Origin: a virus
Virus genome (UHGV): UHGV-0304565
Length of the DNA stretch: 36,690 bases
Strand: one strand, 5' to 3'
Position numbers and translations under genes: made by a program
Notes under the pieces: model-generated
The model's input: the letters and a program-made list of their open reading frames with translations, nothing else
The model's database searches: none
What the model was told of the DNA's origin: nothing
In this document: positions 1 through 6,426 of the stretch, piece by piece
Numbering within the stretch: the stretch's first letter is position 1
Layout: every line of letters starts with the position of its first letter

Positions 1-19
1 TTAAACAACCTCTGTTCGC

Positions 20-47
20 AATGCCCGGCAACACGCTGGGCATTTTC
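20..47 (+). terminator. Possible intrinsic terminator at the window edge
   Basis: Inverted repeat aatgccc (21-27) / gggcatt (39-45) followed by tttt. Alternative reading: start of a minus-strand ORF (ATG at 47-49) running off the left edge. Confidence 0.3.
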
Positions 48-83
48 ATATAGACACAATCCCTCCTGATTTACACAAGCCCT

Positions 84-98
84 AAAACAATTTGTTTT
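84..98. promoter_or_regulatory. Palindromic element AAAACAA-T-TTGTTTT (early-region operator-like site, copy 1)
   Basis: Perfect 7-bp inverted repeat with 1-bp spacer, read directly; member of a recurring family. Confidence 0.45.
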
Positions 99-116
99 CT
101 ACCTTTTGTTGATTGA

Positions 117-148
117 GATAATAAGCCACATAAGAAAACAAATTGTTT
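117..148 (+). promoter_or_regulatory. Putative early promoter: -10 GATAAT (117-122) plus palindrome AAAACAA-A-TTGTTT (135-148)
   Basis: -10-like hexamer 13 nt upstream of the palindrome, same spacing as at 2621-2655, 3104-3139 and 4773-4805; directly upstream of SD taggag and ATG 160. Confidence 0.45.
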
Positions 149-159
149 AGGAGATGAAG

Positions 160-402
160 ATGTTTGGAACAGCAAAAGAAATCATCGAGAAACTGAAAAA
201 CTATCCAGAAGACGAACCCTTACTCATGGTTATGTGGCACAAAGAAGATATTGCTGAAGTAAGGACAGATCTCACTGATGAACAATGCGTACAGGTGATG
301 CAAAAAATCAGACAATGCCATAACGCTGATGTCGGCGTTAATTGGGAGGTTATATCAACTACGGCGAATGAGTTGTTTCCGAACGGGGTGGTAAAATGCT
401 GA
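160..402 (+). CDS. Hypothetical early protein (80 aa)
   Basis: ORF track 154..402; ATG 160 preferred because SD taggag (148-153) abuts ATG 154 but sits 6 nt before ATG 160. No recognisable motif. Confidence 0.6.
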   Translation: MFGTAKEIIEKLKNYPEDEPLLMVMWHKEDIAEVRTDLTDEQCVQVMQKIRQCHNADVGVNWEVISTTANELFPNGVVKC

Positions 403-584
403 AACTCACCAAATTGTATAAGACGACAGTTAGTAGCCCTACCCTCGTTACACAGCATGGCTCTGAGTGTCTACCAAATATCTGTTTCGAGCACCATACG
501 ATCTCGGACTCAATTGGGTACAGAAACGGAGTATGGGGGAGTCAGGGGAGGGAAGAAAAGCTGCGTGATTACGGTGCCACATAG
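396..584 (+). CDS. Hypothetical protein (62 aa), start overlaps previous stop (ATGCTGA)
   Basis: ORF track entry; GGGGTGG SD-like sequence 6 nt upstream; start/stop overlap suggests translational coupling. No motif support. Confidence 0.3.
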   Translation: MLKLTKLYKTTVSSPTLVTQHGSECLPNICFEHHTISDSIGYRNGVWGSQGREEKLRDYGAT

Positions 585-696
585 CAAACCATCAAGAACA
601 TTCGAAAGGTGCTCGATGTAGGATTTGATGCGGTACAATTCCACCCTGACGCTGAAATAGACGATGGTCTGGAAAATTGGAAATTGTGAGGGATAA

Positions 697-1095
697 ATGA
701 AATATGCACCATTGGCACTAATATTTTTTGTGCTTTCTGCTAATGCCACGCCAGTTGAAGAGCCTAACACTATCGTGTACCCACGATGCATGAAAATAGA
801 TCCGGAAACACACAAGCAATTACCTGGTTACAATATTGTTATGGATATAGGGAATAAATTTAAAATCGTTTCCCCAAATGGGAATTCGGTGATATCCATC
901 TCGCTTGCCCAAAGTGAAAAAGATAGGAACATGTTCGACGCCTCAGTCGGCGATGTTTACTTCTCTCGTTACCATGTTCAACCTGATGGGAACTTTCTAT
1001 ACTCAGCCTGGAGTGAAAAGGCGAAAGTTACAGTGCTGTGTAATGGTAAAAGCGGTGAGCGGCATTACGTTGACCCTATTCATTTCGAGAACTGA
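697..1095 (+). CDS. Hypothetical secreted protein with Sec-type signal peptide (132 aa)
   Basis: N-terminus MKYAPLALIFFVLSANA-TPV: hydrophobic core plus A-x-A signal-peptidase site; SD gaggg upstream. Confidence 0.6.
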   Translation: MKYAPLALIFFVLSANATPVEEPNTIVYPRCMKIDPETHKQLPGYNIVMDIGNKFKIVSPNGNSVISISLAQSEKDRNMFDASVGDVYFSRYHVQPDGNFLYSAWSEKAKVTVLCNGKSGERHYVDPIHFEN

Positions 1096-1303
1096 CTACA
1101 CAAGTAAACAAATCAATCAGTTGATAATGGCGGTCACAATTTGATTCTTTCTATAAGAATCCGTTGATCGCCACTACTCTCCTTCCATACCTGCAACCAC
1201 ACCTTTAAATATCAATAGGTTAACGTTGTTTATACCAATAAGAAAACAACTAAATAACAGATCAACGAAACGTCAACGCTTTCACCCGATTTGGTCTAAA
1301 AAA

Positions 1304-1333
1304 TTGACGTTTTCACACACCACTGCTTATACC
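1304..1333 (+). promoter_or_regulatory. Putative sigma70-type promoter (-35 TTGACG, 18-nt spacer, -10 TATACC)
   Basis: Hexamers read directly at 1304-1309 and 1328-1333; it faces into the A+C-rich tract. Confidence 0.4.
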
Positions 1334-1505
1334 CGTAATTCTACGCAGCAGACAGCGCCACAGCGTCCAATTTTCACCACAGACGACCCAACACACTACC
1401 AACAAAAACACACGCTCAAAATCGCTCCCGTTGCGTTACATAACCATATAAACAACTTATTTTCAGGTATAACAAAACAACCAAATAACACATATGCCAT
1501 TACCA

Positions 1506-1590
1506 AAAACAACCAACCTCTTTATGGCAGGCTACCGAAAAGACCCACCTCTTCTTCCCAGGCTACCGGACAACCAACCTAACTTTCACA
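1506..1590. repeat. Copy A of a degenerate ~80-bp repeat (ACCAACCTCTT ... CAGGCTACCG ... ACCCACCT ... GGCTACCG ... AACTTTCAC)
   Basis: Aligns by eye at roughly 80 percent identity with 4683-4755. Confidence 0.5.
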
Positions 1591-2088
1591 GGCAATTCGA
1601 AACTTCCATACGCGCGATACCCACGACACGCCATTACCCAAACAGCGAAGAAACACCAGAATCACTGAAACCCCAACGAAGCCTGTAACCGCAAGGTTTC
1701 TCTCAATCCCAAAAGACACGAAACATAACAATCACGGGAAACGCCATTACCCAATACACGAATAACTACAAAAGCCCTTCACACACTCCAGACAAACAAC
1801 TCAAACACAATAACGAAAACAATCGCCCACCTGCCATTACTCCATATACGGAGAAGAACAATCACCAAAACGACGAGAACACCCCATAGAATAACCACCG
1901 CAAAACGAACGAAACCACATACACCGACAGAGAAAACAACACACCCAATTCACCAACAGAAATAGTCGCCGTATAGAACATTCTGGAAGGAGTGAGCATT
2001 AACGCCTATAGAGAGGTTGAGACAGATAAAACACGAAGAAAACACAACATGTATAGCGAAGAAGCCAGGTATGTATAAGTGGGGAGGG

Positions 2089-2113
2089 AAGGAGGGGTGT
2101 CGCCTCCTTTTTC
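2089..2113 (+). terminator. Intrinsic terminator
   Basis: Stem aaggagg (2089-2095) / cctcctt (2103-2109), 7-nt loop, T-run 2108-2112. Confidence 0.55.
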
Positions 2114-2175
2114 GTATTTATTCAACTACTGATTTTATCCCCCGTAACACCCCTACGGTCAGCCTTCGGTCCATA

Positions 2176-2310
2176 CAGGGAAAAGGCTGCATCCCGCTAC
2201 AGAAACGGCTGGGTTGCCTTCGGGGAACGGCTGGAGGTTTTCAGGGAAACGGTCGAGTTGCCTGTGTGGATTTCGGGAAAAGGCTCGATGCCGGTTCAGG
2301 AACGGCGGCG
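2176..2310. repeat. Iteron-like array A: six copies of cAGGGAAAcGGCTg-type repeats
   Basis: Copies start at 2176, 2199, 2221, 2242, 2274, 2297 (spacings 23, 22, 21, 32, 23 bp), roughly two helical turns apart. Confidence 0.6.
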
Positions 2311-2620
2311 TACCGGTATAGCGAGAGGGAGAGTTGCGGCTACCCACCTGTAATGTGCGGGAAGAAGAGAGGCGCTCACGTAGGCGGACTTGCTTACCGC
2401 TGGATTCCCTCTGAATGCCCAGCTACAGCGTAATTGTGCCAGAGAGTCAGCGGGTCACAATCGATTTCAGTAGGTTTTCGGGGAGAGGATTATTCTGCCC
2501 ACCAGCCACCTTCGGCCACTAAATCAGAATAATGTAAAAAGTGTTCTCGGTACTGAACCTGAAAACTCACTGCCAAAACCACATTCACCGGAATAAAATC
2601 CTTTTTCGCCTTTGCGTTAT

Positions 2621-2655
2621 TGCGATAATAACGCCAACAAGAAAACATGTTGTTT
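2621..2655 (+). promoter_or_regulatory. Early promoter-operator module: extended -10 TGcGATAAT (2621-2629) plus palindrome AAAACA-tg-TTGTTT (2642-2655)
   Basis: About 35 bp (CGATAATwAACrCCAACAAGAAAACA..TTGTT) is shared with 4772-4805. Confidence 0.5.
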
Positions 2656-2667
2656 AAGGATTGCTTT

Positions 2668-2997
2668 ATGTTTGCAAATATCGACATCAACCAAATCAAG
2701 AAATTAACTCAAAAAGAGTTTGATCAGTTTTATGAGTTAGAAGGTTGGTCTTCCACTCTGATTAATTCGCGGTGGGTGCTTGAGCTGATGACTCGTGATG
2801 ACGCACCTGCTTTGATGATTTGCGACATGGGTGAAGATGCTGACTTTATGGATATGAGCGAATTTTGTGTGGACACATACAACCGCAGCCAGAAGTACTA
2901 CTTCACATGCGATAGCGAGAATGACGTGATTTCTAAGGTCTATCTTCACCTTGTCCAGCATTGGGACGTTCAGGAGTTTCTTGAAGTATTCGCGTAA
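2668..2997 (+). CDS. Hypothetical strongly acidic early protein (109 aa)
   Basis: ORF track 2647..2997; ATG 2668 preferred (SD aagga 2655-2659, 8-nt spacing; ATG 2647 lies inside the palindrome). About 20 percent D+E. Confidence 0.55.
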   Translation: MFANIDINQIKKLTQKEFDQFYELEGWSSTLINSRWVLELMTRDDAPALMICDMGEDADFMDMSEFCVDTYNRSQKYYFTCDSENDVISKVYLHLVQHWDVQEFLEVFA

Positions 2998-3103
2998 CCT
3001 CAACCAAAGCCAGCATTGCTGGCTTAACTTCTCTGTGGCCGCAGGGAAGAACCTGCATATCGCTCATGCACCTGATCAATATGCTTTGTAGCCGTTTTCT
3101 TAC

Positions 3104-3139
3104 TGGTATTATTTACGCCATTGAGAAAACAAGTTGTTT
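3104..3139 (+). promoter_or_regulatory. Early promoter-operator module: extended -10 TGgTATTAT (3104-3112) plus palindrome AAAACAA-G-TTGTTT (3126-3139)
   Basis: Same -10-to-palindrome spacing as the other copies. Confidence 0.45.
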
Positions 3140-3150
3140 ACGGAGTTGTG

Positions 3151-3462
3151 ATGAAGAAATCATTGGTTCTTGGTCTGGACAAAGACCAGAAGAGAAAAGA
3201 GAAGCCTGCGCTGGTTGCTCAATTAACTTTGCTGGACATCGTTGCCAATGGAACCTCTATTCGTCTGTTCCGTGAAACAGCGGTGTCTTTCGATAAAAAC
3301 ACCTTTACTCGTTATGTAATGAATGTTCGTCGCCAGCGTGGAAAAGGCTGGGTGGCATTTCAAAGAATGTGGCCGGAACATCAGCTCGAACTGGCTTTGA
3401 TGGAAGTTAACCGCGTGGCCCAGCAAGAAATTCAGAGAGCATCAGTGATGGCAATAGCCTGA
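3151..3462 (+). CDS. Hypothetical early protein (103 aa)
   Basis: ORF track 3121..3462 starts on TTG inside the palindrome; ATG 3151 with SD acggag preferred. Confidence 0.5.
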   Translation: MKKSLVLGLDKDQKRKEKPALVAQLTLLDIVANGTSIRLFRETAVSFDKNTFTRYVMNVRRQRGKGWVAFQRMWPEHQLELALMEVNRVAQQEIQRASVMAIA

Positions 3463-3496
3463 TAATGTGCAAGTGGTAATTAGTCGACAGTACGAC

Positions 3497-3524
3497 AGCC
3501 CCGCCATCCTTACGGGGCTTTTTG
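3497..3524 (+). terminator. Intrinsic terminator
   Basis: Stem agccccg (3497-3503) / cggggct (3513-3519), 9-nt loop, T-run 3519-3523. Confidence 0.7.
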
Positions 3525-3587
3525 TATTGTAAGTACATACTTACGGTTATAAAATAGAAAAATAACCAAGACACTACGGAGAGTGAA

Positions 3588-3983
3588 ATGACCGTTAAAC
3601 GCGAAAAACTGACAGTTGATGTTTACTATGCCTCTGAAACCGCCGAAGGTAAGAATGTGGCAAAAATCACCGTTGTTACGTACAACACCGAAACTGGTGC
3701 CGAAGTCCAGGCCAGTACGATCGTGCGTAAAGGTGATGCCTCCGGCGGCGAGTACGCGACTCAATACCAGTCTATTTTCGATGCAACTGACCCGCTGCTG
3801 CTGAAAATCGAGAACTACTTCCGCCAGGTTGATGAAGAGGTGTTTGAAACCATGATGAATATGGTTAACACCGTATTCGCCTCCAGCCTGAATACCAACA
3901 CTACCTGGATTGGTCAGTACGGCCTGCGCATTACCTCCGGCATTCCTGCTGACACCTTAATCCCTGAAAGCGTATTCGCTTAA
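3588..3983 (+). CDS. Hypothetical early protein (131 aa)
   Basis: Strong SD ggagag 6 nt before ATG; flanked by terminators on both sides. Confidence 0.65.
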   Translation: MTVKREKLTVDVYYASETAEGKNVAKITVVTYNTETGAEVQASTIVRKGDASGGEYATQYQSIFDATDPLLLKIENYFRQVDEEVFETMMNMVNTVFASSLNTNTTWIGQYGLRITSGIPADTLIPESVFA

Positions 3984-3992
3984 TCCTCTTTA

Positions 3993-4020
3993 AATGGCGC
4001 GTAAACCGCGCCATTTTCTT
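3993..4020 (+). terminator. Intrinsic terminator
   Basis: Stem aatggcgcg (3993-4001) / cgcgccatt (4007-4015), loop taaac, then ttttctt. Confidence 0.7.
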
Positions 4021-4027
4021 ATGCCCG

Positions 4028-4042
4028 ATAACAATTTGTTTT
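4028..4042. promoter_or_regulatory. Palindromic element AtAACAA-T-TTGTTTT
   Basis: Family member upstream of the 4101 gene. Confidence 0.4.
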
Positions 4043-4100
4043 CTGCCTTATCTGATTTGTGAAAATGATTTCACTGAAGCAACTTAATAAGGAAACCATC

Positions 4101-4475
4101 ATGGGGCTTGATATCTACATCGAGACGCAGCCAAAAAACGATCTGAATAACGATACATCCAGAAAGCGGGTTGCTTACTTCCGTAAGTTCAATGCACTCG
4201 TTGGGTGGATGGAGCGCAACGTAGGTGAAGTCGAAAATTGTGAGCTTTTAGAATTAACGATGAATGACATTTGTCTTCTGAAAGCTCATTTGATGCACAT
4301 AAACGAAAGTAATTGCGAAGAGTACTTGCCTACCCGGGAAGGTTTTTTCTTCGGCAGTCAGGAGTACGATGAAGGTTACTGGCATGATGTGGGGGAGTTG
4401 AAAGAGCTTGTGGAAGATCTGATTAAGAACCACGACTTTCACAATAACAGACTGACCTTCTGCGCCTGGTGGTAA
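4101..4475 (+). CDS. Hypothetical early protein (124 aa)
   Basis: ORF track 4059..4475; ATG 4101 preferred (SD aagga 4090-4094, 6-nt spacing). Confidence 0.55.
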   Translation: MGLDIYIETQPKNDLNNDTSRKRVAYFRKFNALVGWMERNVGEVENCELLELTMNDICLLKAHLMHINESNCEEYLPTREGFFFGSQEYDEGYWHDVGELKELVEDLIKNHDFHNNRLTFCAWW

Positions 4476-4477
4476 AT

Positions 4478-4621
4478 ATGGGCGATTTCAAGAAACGCCT
4501 GAAGGAAAGAGCCGAGATGGTCAGAAAGCAAAACGCCTCTTCTGTCATCAGATACGCAAGGCAGTTTAGTCGCAACAACAAATCAGTTGAGGAAAAGATC
4601 CTTAGCGTAATCGGTCGATAA
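4478..4621 (+). CDS. Possible small protein (47 aa), absent from the ORF track
   Basis: ATG 2 nt after the previous stop; GGTGG 5 nt upstream; followed by hairpin aaggcca/tggcctt (4627-4650). Below the 60-aa track cutoff. Confidence 0.25.
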   Translation: MGDFKKRLKERAEMVRKQNASSVIRYARQFSRNNKSVEEKILSVIGR

Positions 4622-4682
4622 TTATTAAGGCCATCAGCATTGGTGGCCTTAAATGACCATCCTGTTTCCCGCAGGCTAAAAA

Positions 4683-4755
4683 CACCAACCTCTTACCTCC
4701 AGGCAACCGACAAACCCACCTGTTCCCGTCCGGCTACCGCAACTTTCCACTTTGA
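4683..4755. repeat. Copy B of the degenerate ~80-bp repeat
   Basis: See 1506-1590. Confidence 0.5.
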
Positions 4756-4805
4756 CGCCTTATTCGTACAACGATAATTAACACCAACAAGAAAACAATT
4801 TGTTA
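4752..4805 (+). promoter_or_regulatory. Early promoter-operator module: -35 TTGACG (4752-4757), -10 GATAAT (4773-4778), palindrome AAAACAA-T-TTGTTA (4792-4805)
   Basis: Hexamers and palindrome read directly; 15-nt spacer is suboptimal. Confidence 0.5.
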
Positions 4806-4825
4806 TTTACGATAAGGAATTAATC

Positions 4826-5308
4826 ATGAATTTTATCGCTACTGTAAACGCACCCGCACATGGCAATATCGCTGTAACGTTCTCTGACATTGAAAAACGA
4901 GTACTTGGTGCATGGCGCGACAATGAGACGGTAGAACTGTCAGCACAAGAAAAATGCATTATTGCACGCGACATCATTTGTAATTGTCGTTACTCGCGGG
5001 TAATTGAGAAAGCGTATGTGGTAAATTCTGGATTCGGAACGTTCGTCTTTCCGGTGCGCTCCGGGCGATTCTGCCAGTCCAAGCTGATTGAGTTCGCTAC
5101 GCAGATTTCTGTCTGGATTAAAACTCAATCGTCGTTCAAATTTTCCGACGATGAAGCATTATCGCAGGGGATGCGGATCGCCAACAATGCAATTAAATGC
5201 AAAAACATTACGTATACCGCTGGCGTTGATACATGGAAACTGTTTTGCGCTAACTTTATGCTGAATGTATACGCAAGCAACCGCATCCACATCCTTGATG
5301 GCGTGTAA
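4826..5308 (+). CDS. Hypothetical early protein (160 aa)
   Basis: SD aagga 7 nt before ATG; weak hairpin plus ttctct downstream (5319-5343). Confidence 0.6.
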   Translation: MNFIATVNAPAHGNIAVTFSDIEKRVLGAWRDNETVELSAQEKCIIARDIICNCRYSRVIEKAYVVNSGFGTFVFPVRSGRFCQSKLIEFATQISVWIKTQSSFKFSDDEALSQGMRIANNAIKCKNITYTAGVDTWKLFCANFMLNVYASNRIHILDGV

Positions 5309-5343
5309 CTGAGAAGAGGGCCAGAAACGGCCCTTTCTCTATA

Positions 5344-5475
5344 GCCACCAGCTGCCGCAGGGAAATTTTCAGAAACGGCGAGGAACGTATTCATGAGCCG
5401 ACGGGGAACGGCCAGGATTTTTTCGGGAAACGGCTGCATTCGCCTTTATATAGAAAAAACATCGGGAAGCTGGTG
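5344..5475. repeat. Iteron-like array B (GGGAAACGGC-type repeats) flanked by inverted Chi-like octamers
   Basis: Repeat copies at 5359, 5370, 5381, 5402, 5424, 5463 (11/22-bp phasing); CCACCAGC at 5344-5351 and GCTGGTGG at 5468-5475. Confidence 0.55.
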
Positions 5476-5845
5476 GAATCCAACCAGCGGTTGTCGGACA
5501 GGTGAGCGGGGAAAATTATGATGACTTTCGTCGCCTGAGACATCCAGATTTCTTTCGTAGCGTAATCACATACGTGATTAAGTGGTGTGATTATGTGAAA
5601 AATCACGCGCACATAATACGCGAGCGGATACGGAACAAAACAAAATGCCGATCCGCGCCGACAATTAAACGCGGATCACATAGCAAGAATAAAAGCCAAT
5701 GATTAACCATACACCATAACGCAATATAACGCGATTTAAGCGCGTTAATGCGCTAAGTAATGGGTATATACTGGTAAGGATATAAAAGCGCGTCTGTGGC
5801 GTTATTTTGGCGCTTATTTTATGTTGTTGGAGTGAGTTAAAGACA

Positions 5846-5873
5846 ATAAAAAACGCGCCAATGATGGCGCGTT
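5846..5873 (-). terminator. Intrinsic terminator (minus strand), first of a tandem pair
   Basis: Stem aacgcgcca / tggcgcgtt with loop atga; A-run on the plus strand 5846-5851 gives a U-run on the minus transcript. Confidence 0.6.
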
Positions 5874-5893
5874 ATGGTGGAAGTATTGGAAAC

Positions 5894-5918
5894 GAAAAAA
5901 GCGCCCATAGTGGGCGCT
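5894..5918 (-). terminator. Intrinsic terminator (minus strand, possibly bidirectional)
   Basis: Stem agcgccca / tgggcgct (5900-5918), loop tag, plus-strand A6 before and tttta shortly after; the same 19-mer recurs at 6396-6414. Confidence 0.6.
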
Positions 5919-5923
5919 CGATT

Positions 5924-6154
5924 TTATTTATGTAAACTGATTTCAAATCCCATTTCTACAAACGCTTTTAGCATTAAAAATATATCAGCGTCATTCACGT
6001 CTGCTTTTTTCCGCTCCTGGTCGCTCAATAAGTCAATTTTGCGCGTCGTTTCATCTATAAGCTCGACTGCGCGCCCAGCGTAACCAGCGATCCCAGCGAT
6101 GCGATTAACATAATATTCATTATGGACGTTAACGCCAGCGATAAGAACAAACAT
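5924..6154 (-). CDS. Hypothetical protein (76 aa)
   Basis: SD aaggag upstream on the minus strand; last gene before the tandem terminators. Confidence 0.55.
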   Translation of the reverse strand: MFVLIAGVNVHNEYYVNRIAGIAGYAGRAVELIDETTRKIDLLSDQERKKADVNDADIFLMLKAFVEMGFEISLHK

Positions 6155-6174
6155 GATTAAGCTCCTTAAAAAAA

Positions 6175-6378
6175 TTAAACAGAATTTTGAAGTTTTCCGA
6201 TTAATGCGCTTAAACGTAAATATTCACGTTTACGCTTACAATCTCGTTTACTGTTAAGCAAATCAGAAAACGTAAAATTTAATTGGTCGCGTTGCGCGAT
6301 CAAATCATCGATTAATTCCAGTTTATAAGCGCGATACTTTGCGCGATATTCCGCGCGGATCTTGTCATAGCTGACCAT
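6175..6378 (-). CDS. Hypothetical protein (67 aa)
   Basis: ORF track 6175..6423; internal ATG at 6378 preferred because the first 15 codons span the 19-bp hairpin and an SD aggag precedes the second ATG. Confidence 0.5.
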   Translation of the reverse strand: MVSYDKIRAEYRAKYRAYKLELIDDLIAQRDQLNFTFSDLLNSKRDCKRKREYLRLSALIGKLQNSV

Positions 6379-6426
6379 TTTTAAAGCTCCTTTAAAGCGC
6401 CCATAGTGGGCGCTTGATTCCATTAA

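Larger units (their letters stand above)
1340..2113 (+). ncRNA. Putative long non-coding transcript: A+C-rich, G/T-depleted tract bounded by promoter and intrinsic terminator
   Basis: Strong strand compositional skew (about 78 percent A+C in 1741-1800); internal direct repeats (GCCATTACC at 1493, 1631, 1742, 1833); ORFs here encode only low-complexity P/T/N/Q peptides; terminator at 2089-2113. Confidence 0.35.

Noticed and set aside
1226-1688. Track ORFs 1226-1582 and 1494-1688 in the A+C-rich tract
   Set aside because: T- and G-poor sequence is depleted of stop codons by composition alone; the products are low-complexity P/T/N/Q-rich peptides with no SD and overlapping frames. More likely non-coding.
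2017-2433. Track ORF 2017-2433 (138 aa)
   Set aside because: It starts at TTG, has no SD, spans the terminator at 2089-2113 and the whole iteron array; the protein is glycine/arginine-rich low complexity generated by the repeat.
4627-4650. Hairpin aaggcca/tggcctt as an intrinsic terminator
   Set aside because: No U-tract on either strand; kept only as a possible RNA structure downstream of the small ORF.
2176-5475. CRISPR array interpretation of the direct-repeat clusters
   Set aside because: Repeats are only 11-14 bp, degenerate, and spaced 11-22 bp without unique spacers of regular length. They fit iterons or binding-site arrays, not CRISPR.
5125-5702. Track ORFs 5125-5439 (-), 5391-5612 (-) and 5502-5702 (+)
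   Set aside because: They lie in the structured non-coding region (iterons, inverted repeats, terminators), use non-ATG starts without SD, and overlap each other and the 4826-5308 gene.
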